Shown here: positions 36,991 to 47,624 of the stretch, in pieces
Numbering within the stretch: the stretch's first letter is position 1
How the letters are laid out: every line of letters starts with the position of its first letter
Source of the DNA: a virus
DNA length: 64,000 nt
Strand: one strand, 5' to 3'
Virus record (IMG/VR): IMGVR_UViG_3300021185_002518
Location: 5,749 to 69,748 of that record
Program-made: the position numbers and the translations under genes
The notes under the pieces: model-generated
Told to the model about the DNA's origin: nothing
The model's input: the letters and a program-made list of their open reading frames with translations, nothing else
Databases searched by the model: none

Positions 36991-39900
36991 ATGGATAAAA
37001 CTTACTATTTAAAAGGAGAGGCATATAGTTTTAAAACAGAAGCGGAGCTGAGCGCGTGGTTAACCAATAACCCTGATGCTAGTGAAACTAACAACGAGGT
37101 AAGCGTTGATAGTGTCGAAAAGACTGATACTGTAGACGTTATAGAAGAAGTTGTTTCACCTAGCTTAAGTTCAAGTGATTTTTACTATAAAGCCTACAAC
37201 ATGGAAAAACCTGTAAAAGTTGTAGAAGAACCTACAGGACCTTTTAATTTTAACAAAAAAACTGACTATAGTAAATCAACCTACGATTTTAGTCCAGACG
37301 CAAAAATAACAGAAGAAAAGCGTATAACTCAACCGGGCTACATGCGAGACAAAGAAGTTTTACAAGACTGGTTAAACAACGAGTATTTTGCTAAAGGCAT
37401 GGCTAAAGATATTACAAGAGGTAATATTGTTGCTTACCAAGCTGGCGAGGCTGATTTAGGTGAACTAAAAAAACATTTTAGAAACGACCTTGGGCAGCTT
37501 AACGTAAGTAGAAACGCATATCCTAATTTAACAGACTCTGATTTAGATAAAATATTTAGCGAAATAGCTGACCAACAGATTAGACTAAGAAAGAAAAACG
37601 AGAGCGTAAAAGATGAGTATGCTAAAATAAATTATATTCTTTCTAAAAAAAATAGCGAACAGTCTGATGCAGAAGCTATATCAAACGCTGTAGATAGATT
37701 AGACAACGCTACTATAAACTCTTACCCAGATGTACTTGAAGCTGAGTTTGCACAAATCATGAAAAGATACAGGGCAGGTGATATGTCTGTTAAAGAACAG
37801 CTAGACCCAAACGTTGTTGGATCTGTAGCTGATCGTTTATTTAATAAAGATGAAACTAAACTTGTAGATGGTATACTTACTTTAACTGGCGGGCGTATAC
37901 CAAAAGACAAAGAGTATAAAATGTTTCATGACCCAATAACAGGAAGAAACATTAAGGTTGGTAAAGATAGAGAGGCGCCACAAGGTGGAACTCTTGTTAA
38001 TATAACTGATTCTTATGAATTATATTTACAAGGTTTTAAAAATACATCTCAAGCTGATTTAAAAAAATACAATCAAAGATTGCTTTTAGAAGAAGCTGGT
38101 TTTGAAATGGAAAATCAACAAAAAGGTGATTATTATGTAGGTGATAAAAATATGTCTAGTTTGTTAAAAGAGCAAGGCTACAAGGTTGATTCAAAAGGTG
38201 TATTTAAAGATGTACCGTTAGGCGTTTTAACAAAATTATCGCACATTCCAGGTACGTCTGATTTTTGGTCACCTGACTCATTTATGTCTAAAGGAGAAAT
38301 AATACCTCAAAGCTTTGAAAATACACCTTATACAAATGAACAAGAGTTTGTAGACTTTTTAGTAGAAAGAAGAAAACAAAACAACGATATAACTTCTAAA
38401 AAAGCTGCCTTGTGGCAAACTTGGTATCTAAATAGAGACCCAGAAACTATAAGTAAAAATAGACTTGGTCAAATTGGTGGTGCTTTCATGCAGGCAATGT
38501 TTGGCGAAGACATAACTATAGAACAATCATCAAAAGACTTTGCTATTCCTATACCTCTTACCAATCAAAAGAAACTTGATATAATAGCTAGTCAAATTAT
38601 ACCAGATTCAGGTGTTGATGTTGCCAAACAACAAGAAGCTTATCTTGAAGATGATTTTTCTGATGAATTTTTTAGAGGATTAGGTGGTCTTAACGCTATG
38701 CTTTTAACATTATCACCTGTAAGCAAATTTCAAAAAGTTTTAGGTATAAATAAGCTTTTAACAAGTTTTAATATTCCAAAATATATTAAAAATGGTAGAA
38801 CAATTACACAAGGCCGAGCAATAAAACTGGCTGCTAAAAAAGGTAAAAATTTAGACGATTGGGCATTAAAAAATGGTTGGAAAACAAAACCAGCCACTAG
38901 CTTAGATAAAGGAAAAGGTATAGTTCTTGGTGGTATATGGGAAGATATTAAAATGCGTGAAATTTTAGGTGCTGTAAACGAAAATATGCAGTTTGAAAGA
39001 GGTGTTGGTTGGGGTTTTTTTGTAGCTCCTAAATTTTTACCAGTTGGATTTGGTAAGTTTGGTAAAGGTAAACCTTTTGGCTATAGTTTTAAGCGTAATC
39101 AAATGAATACCTTTATGCAATCAACGTTTGTTAACGCACCTGCGTTTGCTTTAGCTGTTGAAGGTGGTGATGCGTTAGGTGCTGTTGTAAAAGACTTACA
39201 AGGCAAACAAGAAGTTAGCACTTGGGTAGATAAACACTGGAGTGATTATGATGTTAATTTAAGACGTATAGGGTTAAACCTTATAACTGGTAAAGGATTA
39301 GGTTTAATGCACCTTAATCATCTTGACGTTAAAACAACTGCTGGTATAGGTAAATTTCAAAGAAGATCTACTGAGCTTATTGGCGAGCAGATAGATGTTA
39401 TCCAAAAGAAAGCAGATGCAGCCGAATTTTATAACGACAAGGGTAAAAAAATAAAAATTAAAGACCCACAACAAAGATATGAAACTTGGGTAGAACAAAA
39501 CACTAATAGCAAAGAGGTTTTAAAACTTGAAAAACACTTAGAAGATTTTAACATGTCTTCGCAAGCTCTAAACACTATCAATGAGACTGCGGAGTGGGTG
39601 GATCCTGTTAAAGCTAAAGAAAATTATGACAAACATTACGAGCCGTTAAAGAAAATGTTTGAGTCCAAAGGTAAAGAACTTAAGGTAATTCTTACCGACA
39701 AGCCTATTTATCAAGAAGTTATACAAGAAGATGGTAGCATAGTAAAACAAGAGGTGAATGCTTTATACACTAGAATGGGTAACGGTAAGGTTGGAACAAT
39801 ACAGTTAAACACTAGAAAAGCAAAAGGTAAAGATATTATAAATCACGAAGGTTTACATGCTTATTTAGACATGATGTTCGATGGTAATCCTAGCTTTAAG

Positions 39901-42900
39901 CTTAAGTTTGAAACATCTTTTAAAGCTGCTATGAAAAGTATTAAAACGCCAAACAGTAACTTGTACGAAGATATACTTAAGACTAAAGATATACAAAAAG
40001 AACTTAAGCTGGAAGAAATGATGGCTTATTCTGCAGAGTACTTAAGTAAAGCTGAATATTACACAAACATGGTTAACAGTGGTGCTTTTATTAAAGTTAA
40101 AAAGTTTTGGAATAACTTTGCTAAAAGTACTTTTAATAAAAATGCTGATTTAACTACAAAACAAGATATAATAGATATTTTAGGTAGTTATGGTAAGACT
40201 GGTGATTTTAAAAAGCTAAAAGCGTTAAATGAAATAATAGAGTTTGATCCTACTGGTAAAGCTGGAGAAGCACAGCTTGCTTCAAAAGAAAACATAAATA
40301 AAACTATTGAGAAAATAAAAACTCAAAAAATAGAAGTACAACAGGAAATAAAAGACTTAAGAACAGCTCAAGGTAATACAAGTAAATTTCAAAAACAAAT
40401 AGATAAAAAATACGAGCTTTTTGGTGAGCTAAACGCTAATCAGAAAAAACTAGAAAACAAAGCTGAATTAAAAGAAGTTCAAGAAACTGGTTGGGAAAAA
40501 CAAATTGATAAAGACTACACTGGTAAATACAAAACTAAAGAAGAGTTTCAAGTTAGTGCTGAAAACAGTAGGACACAAAAAAATATAATGGAAAGCTCTG
40601 GTCTAAAAAACATGATCAGACAAGGACAAAGATCTTTAGACATAACAGACAAAGTAGAAGGTGAGTTTATGGAAAATGTTTTATTTGAAATAATAAAAAG
40701 ATTTAATAAAAATTACGATCCAGGTAAAATAAACAAAGAATTTGGAAGAGCACTTACTCCGTTTGAATACTTAACTACAGGACAGCAGTCACAATCGTCT
40801 ATTATATATAGAGCTATTGGTGATGTTGCTATAAAAATGGGTAAACAAGTAAAAACTGTTGCCGCTGACGCTTATGAGGGTGGTTACGGTGCGTTTGAAA
40901 ATATGGTTTCTGAAAGCGGTTATTCCAAGCTTGATAGCCATACAGGTTCTCCAATTGAAGCTAAAGGTATTGTAGTTGCTACTGCACTAAATATAAACCC
41001 TATAACTGTAAAAAGAGCTGCAGGTGACGCTAAAAACTTAAACTTTGAAACAGATGCTGGTGCAAAAGAAAAAGCTAGCTATAAAAACATAGGTAAAAAT
41101 TACAAAGAAACAATAGAAAAAGATATTGTTGTAGATTATTATGGCGTTAGCGAAGTTGTGTATAACAAGATGAAGAAAAACGCTTCAGAGCAATTGAACA
41201 AAGCTGATTTTGAAGCTATTCAAGCAAAGATAAAACCTACAATAGAAACACATATAAAACTAATACCTAAGTGGGGTCAAGTTTCTGTTGACCCAATAAC
41301 TGGCGAAAGTATATCTATGAAAACTGTTTCTGGTGTTAAATCTGAAACTAAAGCAACAGGTATTACAACTGTACTACTTAAAAACAAATTGTTATTTAAT
41401 GAAATACAACAAACAGGTACTAAAGGTTCTAAATACGAGTGGACAGCAGAACTAAAAGAATATCACAAATCAATAGACCCTGTTTTCAAAAAACAATTTG
41501 AGCAAAAAGTTTTAGATTCTTGGGGTATGGGTGAAACCGTGTTTAACAGAGGGAAACTTAGTGGTATATACAAAGCTATAATGACACAGACAGGTAAAGC
41601 TGTTTATTTACAAAGTGTAAAACAAGCAATACCAAACACGCCTTCTTTAAAAATAAAACATATTGTAGCTAACATGATAAACCAGGTCTCTGCTGGTCAA
41701 TCTCCGAGTTTAGCTTCAACAAATATTAATGAATTAATAAAATTAGTACAAAAAACAAAAGTAACTTTAGAAGATATTTCTAATCTTTCAAAAGACATAC
41801 CCGCTGTCAAAGTGTTAGAGGAAATTATAATGGAAAGAGATTCTTTAACAAAAGATACTAAAATTGTTGAATTAAATGAAAAGTTACAAGCAGAACTAGA
41901 AAGTAAAACAACAGCTGAACTAGACGTTGCTTATTTAGAGTCAGTTAACAACTCTAAAAAAGTAGCTATAAAATATAAGCTAAATAAAAAGTTTGCTGAT
42001 CCAAATTACATTGCTAAAAATTCAGCTGAAATTGTTGGTACTAAAATAGTTAATGGTAAAAAAGTAGATGTTACTCTAGGTGAGTGGAGAAAAGATATTG
42101 ACAGACAAGTTATTGAAGAGTTAGGTATTAATCTTAATGACTTCGGATCTTTAACAACAAGAAGCAATCAAAAAAACCACCATGCTTTAGAATCTTTGTT
42201 AGTTGAATTAGGTTTTGGTAGTAAAAGCAGAAAACAAGTACTACCTAATGGCGAGGTTGTTTATTTAAACAAAGAAGGTAAAACTAGCGCTGAAGCCATT
42301 GAATCTTTTTTAGGTAAAAAGTTTACAGCTGTAGAAGGTAAATCTGCTGGTAAGTATAAAAATGTATATAGACCAGACTGGAGCAATTTAAAGAAAAAAC
42401 TAGACGCTCTTGAGAAAAAAATGCTTAGTGAAAATAAAACTGTAGAGCAAATCAAAGATGCTAAAATAGAGCTCTATAGACAAGAAGCTTCTTATAGCGG
42501 TAAATCAAAAGACTTTGAAGCTACAGAACAAGCTAATAGAGAGTTTTTTGAAGATTACTTTACTGCTATGGCCAAAGTAGCTTATAAAAACAAAAACAAT
42601 AACGGTGTTGAATATTTTCTACAATCTAGAGCTATGCAAACTAACCATGCTAAAGGTATAAGCAAGTCTTTAGGATATAAAATGGCATCATTAAACGCTA
42701 TAGGTAGTAAGCCTGGTGAAATACAAACAACTAGTGCAAAAGGAGAAATAAAAACTAAAGACAACAAAGGTGTGAGTAATCACTGGGAGCATGGTTTACA
42801 ACTTTTAAATCAAACAAATAGATTTGTTGATCTTATGCGTAAACATAAAAGTGTTACACCTGCGTTTAAAAAAGGACTTAAAGAGATTTTAGATATATCA

Positions 42901-45876
42901 GAGCAACATTTAATTCCTAAAAATGGCCAGCTATTTAACGACGCTAAAGGTCCTACAACATTTACAAAGTCTTATATTGAAGCTATGAAAAAAGGCTCTG
43001 ATAACCCACTTTTAAATGTTTTTGCAAACAAGTACGCAAGGCTAGATAACAACTTTGTAGTTAGTGGACCTAACAAAGGTAAAAGTCTTTTAGAAGTGCA
43101 AGTAGAAAGTATTGATCTTAACCTTGCTAAAAAAATAGTAACAAAAATTCCTAAAAATAAATGGAGTATTCTTGAGTACATGCTAGACTCAAAAGCTAAA
43201 AACTCTAAGGCGGTTGAAAAACAAGGTGTTGATTTAATAAAGCAGAGTTTAGGTGAAAAAATTGCCAAACAAGTAGCTTCAAAAGATATTAATCAAACAA
43301 TAAAAAATATTGATAAAGCTTTAGAAAACGGTAGAAAAAGAAATAAAAAGTCACAAGGTATGAGTACTTTTGATTTTGATGAAACAGTTGGTGTTAGTGA
43401 AAACTACGTTTTTGCTACTAAAGATGGTAAAAAGAAAAAAATAGCATCTGCAGAGTGGCCTTTTGTTGGTGAAAAGCTAGTTAATGAAGGTTGGAAAATG
43501 GATTTTACAGATTTTAACAGAGTTACAAATGGTAAGCCAGGACCTTTAATGCAAAAAATGAAAAATCAAATAAAAAAGTTTGGGCCTAAAAACGTATTTA
43601 TATTAACCGCTAGAGCTAAAGAAAGTCAAAAAGCAATACACGACTGGTTGAAAAGTGAAGGTGTTGAAATACCTGTTGAAAATATAACTGGCTTAGGTAA
43701 TAGTACTGGCGAAGCTAAAGCACTTTGGATGTTAGAAAAGTTTGCTGAAGGATATAACGATATGTATTTTGTTGACGATGCCTTACCAAATGTTAAAGCT
43801 GTTAAAGATGTATTAAGTCAGCTAGATATTAAATCTAAAGTTCAACAAGCATTAGCTAGTAAAAACTTAAACGAAACTACAAACAAAATATTACAACACT
43901 CTTTAGGTGTGGATGCTAATAAAAACTTTTCAAAAGCAGAGGCAAAAGTTAGAGGTAAAGATATTAAGCGAAGAAGAATATTTATGCGAGATAGCGCTGC
44001 TGATTTAGAATTACTTATAGAACCTCTGTACGGTAAAGGCAAGCAAGGTAACGAAAATAAAAAATGGTTTAAAGAGGAGTTTATAATGCCATTTGAAAGA
44101 GGCACAAGGGATTATAACACAGCTAGACAGTCATCTAAAAACGACTACATGGCTCTTCGTAAACAAAACAAAGATGTTGTTAAAATAATTTCAGACCAAG
44201 TAGAAGGCACTAGCTTTACAAATGACATGGCGATGAGAGTTTATTTATGGAACAAAGCTGGTTATAAAATTCCAGACTTAGCCGCGAAAACAGAAACAAA
44301 GCTTGTTGAGCATATATTAAAATACCCAAGGTTACAAGCTTATGCAGAGCAATTTGGAAAAATTACAAAACAGGAAAAAGGTTTAAAAGAACCAAGCGAA
44401 AACTGGTGGGGAGAAACAATGGCCGGTGAAATTACTAACTTAGACAGAGGTGTTAGTAGAAAACAATACTTACAAGAATTTATAGATATTAAAAATGAAA
44501 TATTTTCTGAAGTTAACTTAAATAAAATGGAATCTCAGCTTGGTACTAGATGGAGAGAAAACATAGAAGATATGTTTGATCGTATGGAAACTGGTAGAAC
44601 TAGATCTTTAAAACTAGATAGAGGTAGTAGTGCTATGATGAACTATTTAAATGGTGGTATTGGTACTATCATGAACTTTAACACTAGGTCTGCTGCTCTA
44701 CAAACTATATCTACTCTTAACTTTATTAACATGAAAGAAAACAACCCGTTTTCTGCTGCTAAAGCAATGGCTAATGTACCTCAGTTTTCTAAAGATTTTA
44801 TGACTATCATGAACTCAGATATGCTGAAACAAAGAAGAGATGGTTTAGCTATAAATGTCACTGAAGCTGAAATTGCTTCTGCGGCAGCATCTTCACCGAA
44901 CATGATACAAAGTGTAATATCTAAAGTGTTAAAAGTTGGTTACACACCCACAAAACTTGCAGATAGCTTTGCAATATCATTTGGTGGTGCTACTTACTAC
45001 AGAAATAGAATTAAAATGTATGAAAAGCAAGGTGTAGAAACTAAAGAAGCTGAAAAAAAGGCTTTTTTAGATTTTCAAGTTTTAGCAGAAAGAACGCAGC
45101 AGTCATCGAGAGCGGATCTATTGTCTAAACAACAAACATCGTTAATAGGTAGAATAGTATTGCCTTTTGCTAACACTCCTATGCAGATGAACAGAGCTGG
45201 TATGAAAGATATACTTGATATAGCTAAGGGCAGAACAAAAGGTTTGAGAAACACGTCTGAAGCTATGGGTAGAATAACTTATTACATGGGAGCTCAGGTT
45301 TCTTTGTTTGCTGGTTTACAATCAGCACTATTTGGTATGTTGTTAAATGATGAAGATGTTACTGACGAAAAAATAGCTAGCACAAAAGCTTACACATTGC
45401 AATCAACTGGTGATTCTATGTTAAGGGGTTTTGGTGTGCAAGGAGCTCTTATATCGTCATTTAAAAATGCTACGCTTGAATTCTTTAAACAAAACAACAA
45501 ATCTGCATTTGCAGCTGATTACAGCGAGGTAGCTGAAGATTTTCTAAATATATCGCCTCCAATTGGTTCTAAATTTGGTCTGTTAGATTCTGCTGGCGAT
45601 AATTTAAAATGGAGCAGAGATACTCCGTTTAAGTTTAAACTAGGTAATCCAAAACTAGAAGCTGGGTTAAAAACTATACAAGCACTTACTAACGCGCCTG
45701 TTTACTCGCCGTACCAAAACATTACTAACATACAACACGCGTTAAGTGATAAATACGAAACATGGCAAAGAATGCTTATGTTTGGTGGTTGGACGCCTTA
45801 TAACGTTGGTATAGAAAAAGAAAAGAAAAAAAGCAAGAAAACAAAAAAATACGAAGGAGTACCTACTATAAAATAA
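36991..45876 (+). CDS. giant polyvalent internal virion protein (zincin + HAD phosphatase-like domains)
   Basis: INHEGLH...EEMMA zincin at ~39844; FDFDET/ILTAR/FVDD HAD motifs at 43369-43780; helical C-terminal region. Confidence 0.75.
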   Translation: MDKTYYLKGEAYSFKTEAELSAWLTNNPDASETNNEVSVDSVEKTDTVDVIEEVVSPSLSSSDFYYKAYNMEKPVKVVEEPTGPFNFNKKTDYSKSTYDFSPDAKITEEKRITQPGYMRDKEVLQDWLNNEYFAKGMAKDITRGNIVAYQAGEADLGELKKHFRNDLGQLNVSRNAYPNLTDSDLDKIFSEIADQQIRLRKKNESVKDEYAKINYILSKKNSEQSDAEAISNAVDRLDNATINSYPDVLEAEFAQIMKRYRAGDMSVKEQLDPNVVGSVADRLFNKDETKLVDGILTLTGGRIPKDKEYKMFHDPITGRNIKVGKDREAPQGGTLVNITDSYELYLQGFKNTSQADLKKYNQRLLLEEAGFEMENQQKGDYYVGDKNMSSLLKEQGYKVDSKGVFKDVPLGVLTKLSHIPGTSDFWSPDSFMSKGEIIPQSFENTPYTNEQEFVDFLVERRKQNNDITSKKAALWQTWYLNRDPETISKNRLGQIGGAFMQAMFGEDITIEQSSKDFAIPIPLTNQKKLDIIASQIIPDSGVDVAKQQEAYLEDDFSDEFFRGLGGLNAMLLTLSPVSKFQKVLGINKLLTSFNIPKYIKNGRTITQGRAIKLAAKKGKNLDDWALKNGWKTKPATSLDKGKGIVLGGIWEDIKMREILGAVNENMQFERGVGWGFFVAPKFLPVGFGKFGKGKPFGYSFKRNQMNTFMQSTFVNAPAFALAVEGGDALGAVVKDLQGKQEVSTWVDKHWSDYDVNLRRIGLNLITGKGLGLMHLNHLDVKTTAGIGKFQRRSTELIGEQIDVIQKKADAAEFYNDKGKKIKIKDPQQRYETWVEQNTNSKEVLKLEKHLEDFNMSSQALNTINETAEWVDPVKAKENYDKHYEPLKKMFESKGKELKVILTDKPIYQEVIQEDGSIVKQEVNALYTRMGNGKVGTIQLNTRKAKGKDIINHEGLHAYLDMMFDGNPSFKLKFETSFKAAMKSIKTPNSNLYEDILKTKDIQKELKLEEMMAYSAEYLSKAEYYTNMVNSGAFIKVKKFWNNFAKSTFNKNADLTTKQDIIDILGSYGKTGDFKKLKALNEIIEFDPTGKAGEAQLASKENINKTIEKIKTQKIEVQQEIKDLRTAQGNTSKFQKQIDKKYELFGELNANQKKLENKAELKEVQETGWEKQIDKDYTGKYKTKEEFQVSAENSRTQKNIMESSGLKNMIRQGQRSLDITDKVEGEFMENVLFEIIKRFNKNYDPGKINKEFGRALTPFEYLTTGQQSQSSIIYRAIGDVAIKMGKQVKTVAADAYEGGYGAFENMVSESGYSKLDSHTGSPIEAKGIVVATALNINPITVKRAAGDAKNLNFETDAGAKEKASYKNIGKNYKETIEKDIVVDYYGVSEVVYNKMKKNASEQLNKADFEAIQAKIKPTIETHIKLIPKWGQVSVDPITGESISMKTVSGVKSETKATGITTVLLKNKLLFNEIQQTGTKGSKYEWTAELKEYHKSIDPVFKKQFEQKVLDSWGMGETVFNRGKLSGIYKAIMTQTGKAVYLQSVKQAIPNTPSLKIKHIVANMINQVSAGQSPSLASTNINELIKLVQKTKVTLEDISNLSKDIPAVKVLEEIIMERDSLTKDTKIVELNEKLQAELESKTTAELDVAYLESVNNSKKVAIKYKLNKKFADPNYIAKNSAEIVGTKIVNGKKVDVTLGEWRKDIDRQVIEELGINLNDFGSLTTRSNQKNHHALESLLVELGFGSKSRKQVLPNGEVVYLNKEGKTSAEAIESFLGKKFTAVEGKSAGKYKNVYRPDWSNLKKKLDALEKKMLSENKTVEQIKDAKIELYRQEASYSGKSKDFEATEQANREFFEDYFTAMAKVAYKNKNNNGVEYFLQSRAMQTNHAKGISKSLGYKMASLNAIGSKPGEIQTTSAKGEIKTKDNKGVSNHWEHGLQLLNQTNRFVDLMRKHKSVTPAFKKGLKEILDISEQHLIPKNGQLFNDAKGPTTFTKSYIEAMKKGSDNPLLNVFANKYARLDNNFVVSGPNKGKSLLEVQVESIDLNLAKKIVTKIPKNKWSILEYMLDSKAKNSKAVEKQGVDLIKQSLGEKIAKQVASKDINQTIKNIDKALENGRKRNKKSQGMSTFDFDETVGVSENYVFATKDGKKKKIASAEWPFVGEKLVNEGWKMDFTDFNRVTNGKPGPLMQKMKNQIKKFGPKNVFILTARAKESQKAIHDWLKSEGVEIPVENITGLGNSTGEAKALWMLEKFAEGYNDMYFVDDALPNVKAVKDVLSQLDIKSKVQQALASKNLNETTNKILQHSLGVDANKNFSKAEAKVRGKDIKRRRIFMRDSAADLELLIEPLYGKGKQGNENKKWFKEEFIMPFERGTRDYNTARQSSKNDYMALRKQNKDVVKIISDQVEGTSFTNDMAMRVYLWNKAGYKIPDLAAKTETKLVEHILKYPRLQAYAEQFGKITKQEKGLKEPSENWWGETMAGEITNLDRGVSRKQYLQEFIDIKNEIFSEVNLNKMESQLGTRWRENIEDMFDRMETGRTRSLKLDRGSSAMMNYLNGGIGTIMNFNTRSAALQTISTLNFINMKENNPFSAAKAMANVPQFSKDFMTIMNSDMLKQRRDGLAINVTEAEIASAAASSPNMIQSVISKVLKVGYTPTKLADSFAISFGGATYYRNRIKMYEKQGVETKEAEKKAFLDFQVLAERTQQSSRADLLSKQQTSLIGRIVLPFANTPMQMNRAGMKDILDIAKGRTKGLRNTSEAMGRITYYMGAQVSLFAGLQSALFGMLLNDEDVTDEKIASTKAYTLQSTGDSMLRGFGVQGALISSFKNATLEFFKQNNKSAFAADYSEVAEDFLNISPPIGSKFGLLDSAGDNLKWSRDTPFKFKLGNPKLEAGLKTIQALTNAPVYSPYQNITNIQHALSDKYETWQRMLMFGGWTPYNVGIEKEKKKSKKTKKYEGVPTIK

Positions 45877-45883
45877 ATAAATA

Positions 45884-46963
45884 ATGAAAAAAATAATTAT
45901 AATACTATGTATAGCATTATCTGCTTGCGCCGTGCCAAAAGATTGTTGCTCGCAAAACTTTAAAAAGTATTTTAAGTTTGCGACGTTTTACGCTGCGGCT
46001 AATGGTGGTAACTCTATATCAGACGTAGACGTGTTTTCTGTAACTAACGGATTAGAAACTGTAACCGTAGAAACTCCTTATGATTATAACCTAGCTTTGG
46101 GTATACGTAAGATCGCAAGGTTTGGTTATGAAAACAGAGCTAGTACATTTTACGATGGAACAGAAGAGTCATGGTCAGATGGTGCTAGTATAGGTAAAGT
46201 ACGTGGGTTAGAATTTTTATTTGAAGTAGATTATAAAAGGCAACAAGGTGATGAATACTTAGACCAACATCACTTTATTAGATATGTAAGTGACGATGGT
46301 TGCGGTAAAGGTTTTTGCTTAAATCATTTTATACTAAAAGGTGAATACTTAGAAGACGGTTTCGCTGATATTAAATACTTTGAAACTTCACAAAGATATA
46401 GATATAAAGTTAATGACAAATTATCATTCAATGCTGGGCTTGCTCAAAGGCTATCCGAACCTTACGGATATGATCCATTAGAAGAGTGGGTGCTCAGCAA
46501 TGGTAATATACATTACACTTACCTAGCACTACAAGAAGGCTACAATGTCGATGTTGCTGCTAGTGAGTATTTTTCTCCAGATGGAGAACTCGTTGCTACA
46601 AGCAAAGAGGTTTGGGAAGAGGTTGTGATACCTACAGTGCTGTCAGATTATACACAGAAAAAGCGTAACGAGCTAAATCAAATCATACAACACTCTGTTG
46701 TTTTAGGTTTTGATTATTATCGCTATACTAAATCATTTTGGTCGCACGCTTGGGCAAGTTTAATGCCATACCATTATGACGACGGTAACGATTACTCTTA
46801 TCATAAATACGAGGGTAAACAATGGCTTGATTATAGTGGTGGTTTAATACTTGGTTATAAAGTAAATAAACACCTAGGTACGTTTGTTGAGGGTAAATAT
46901 AATAAATACTGGAATAGAAAGTGGTATGACTTTAAATTTGGAGTAAATTACGTAATCTTCTAA
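45884..46963 (+). CDS. outer-membrane beta-barrel-like protein with lipobox-like signal
   Basis: MKKIIIILCIALSAC; alternating aromatic strands; C-terminal FKFGVNYVIF. Confidence 0.6.
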   Translation: MKKIIIILCIALSACAVPKDCCSQNFKKYFKFATFYAAANGGNSISDVDVFSVTNGLETVTVETPYDYNLALGIRKIARFGYENRASTFYDGTEESWSDGASIGKVRGLEFLFEVDYKRQQGDEYLDQHHFIRYVSDDGCGKGFCLNHFILKGEYLEDGFADIKYFETSQRYRYKVNDKLSFNAGLAQRLSEPYGYDPLEEWVLSNGNIHYTYLALQEGYNVDVAASEYFSPDGELVATSKEVWEEVVIPTVLSDYTQKKRNELNQIIQHSVVLGFDYYRYTKSFWSHAWASLMPYHYDDGNDYSYHKYEGKQWLDYSGGLILGYKVNKHLGTFVEGKYNKYWNRKWYDFKFGVNYVIF

Positions 46964-46982
46964 CTATAACAAATCTACAAAA

Positions 46983-47258
46983 ATGGCAAAAGAATTAAAC
47001 GAAGATACTGGCTTTAACATAAGTATTAAAACGCTCATAGCGGTTGGCTTTGCACTATCTGGAATTATAGGTATGTGGTTTGCTTTACAAGCTGATATAG
47101 CTGAAGCTAAAGAGTTACCAAAACCAGATGTTACACGCATGGAGTTTAATATGAAAGATGTTAATGTTAGAAATACTATTATGGAAACTAGAGACGACGT
47201 TAAGAAGTTGGAAGAACGTATGATTAGAATAGAAGATAAAATAGACGACTTAAGATAA
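46983..47258 (+). CDS. single-TM coiled-coil protein
   Basis: One hydrophobic helix followed by heptads. Confidence 0.7.
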   Translation: MAKELNEDTGFNISIKTLIAVGFALSGIIGMWFALQADIAEAKELPKPDVTRMEFNMKDVNVRNTIMETRDDVKKLEERMIRIEDKIDDLR

Positions 47259-47263
47259 ATTAA

Positions 47264-47623
47264 ATGGAAAAAATTGACACAGCTTGGAAAATTTTTGGTG
47301 CTTATGTGCTAATTATTTTTTTAATGCTACTTACAAACCTATTGTCAGCACAGGTTGTGGTAACACAGTTTAACGCAGAATGGAACTCTACAAACGATGT
47401 AGAGTGGTTTGGTAAATTATCCGACTGTGATATCGCTAAAGTAGATATAGTCAAACAGCCAAAACTACAAGATAAGCACAAAATAGTCATAGTGCCTACT
47501 ATAATAGTTTTTAAAGATGGAGAAGAAATAAAAAGATACCAAGCTGATCTTAGTTTCAAAATGGAGGCAACAAGGAAAGAGATACAACAATTTATTAATG
47601 AACAAATAATGAGTGATTTTTAA
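47264..47623 (+). CDS. secreted thioredoxin-fold protein lacking CxxC
   Basis: VVTQFNAEWN, VPTIIVFKDGEEI (cis-Pro loop); signal-like N-terminus. Confidence 0.7.
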   Translation: MEKIDTAWKIFGAYVLIIFLMLLTNLLSAQVVVTQFNAEWNSTNDVEWFGKLSDCDIAKVDIVKQPKLQDKHKIVIVPTIIVFKDGEEIKRYQADLSFKMEATRKEIQQFINEQIMSDF

Positions 47624-47624
47624 T

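Noticed and set aside
42775-42945. HNH-like nuclease motif (HWEH...HLIP...ND) in the giant protein
   Set aside because: Resemblance too weak to call without a profile search.
36991-45876. Virion RNA polymerase as in crAss-like phages
   Set aside because: No DxDxD (DFDID/DFDGD) catalytic motif seen; the only DFD is in HAD motif I (FDFDET).
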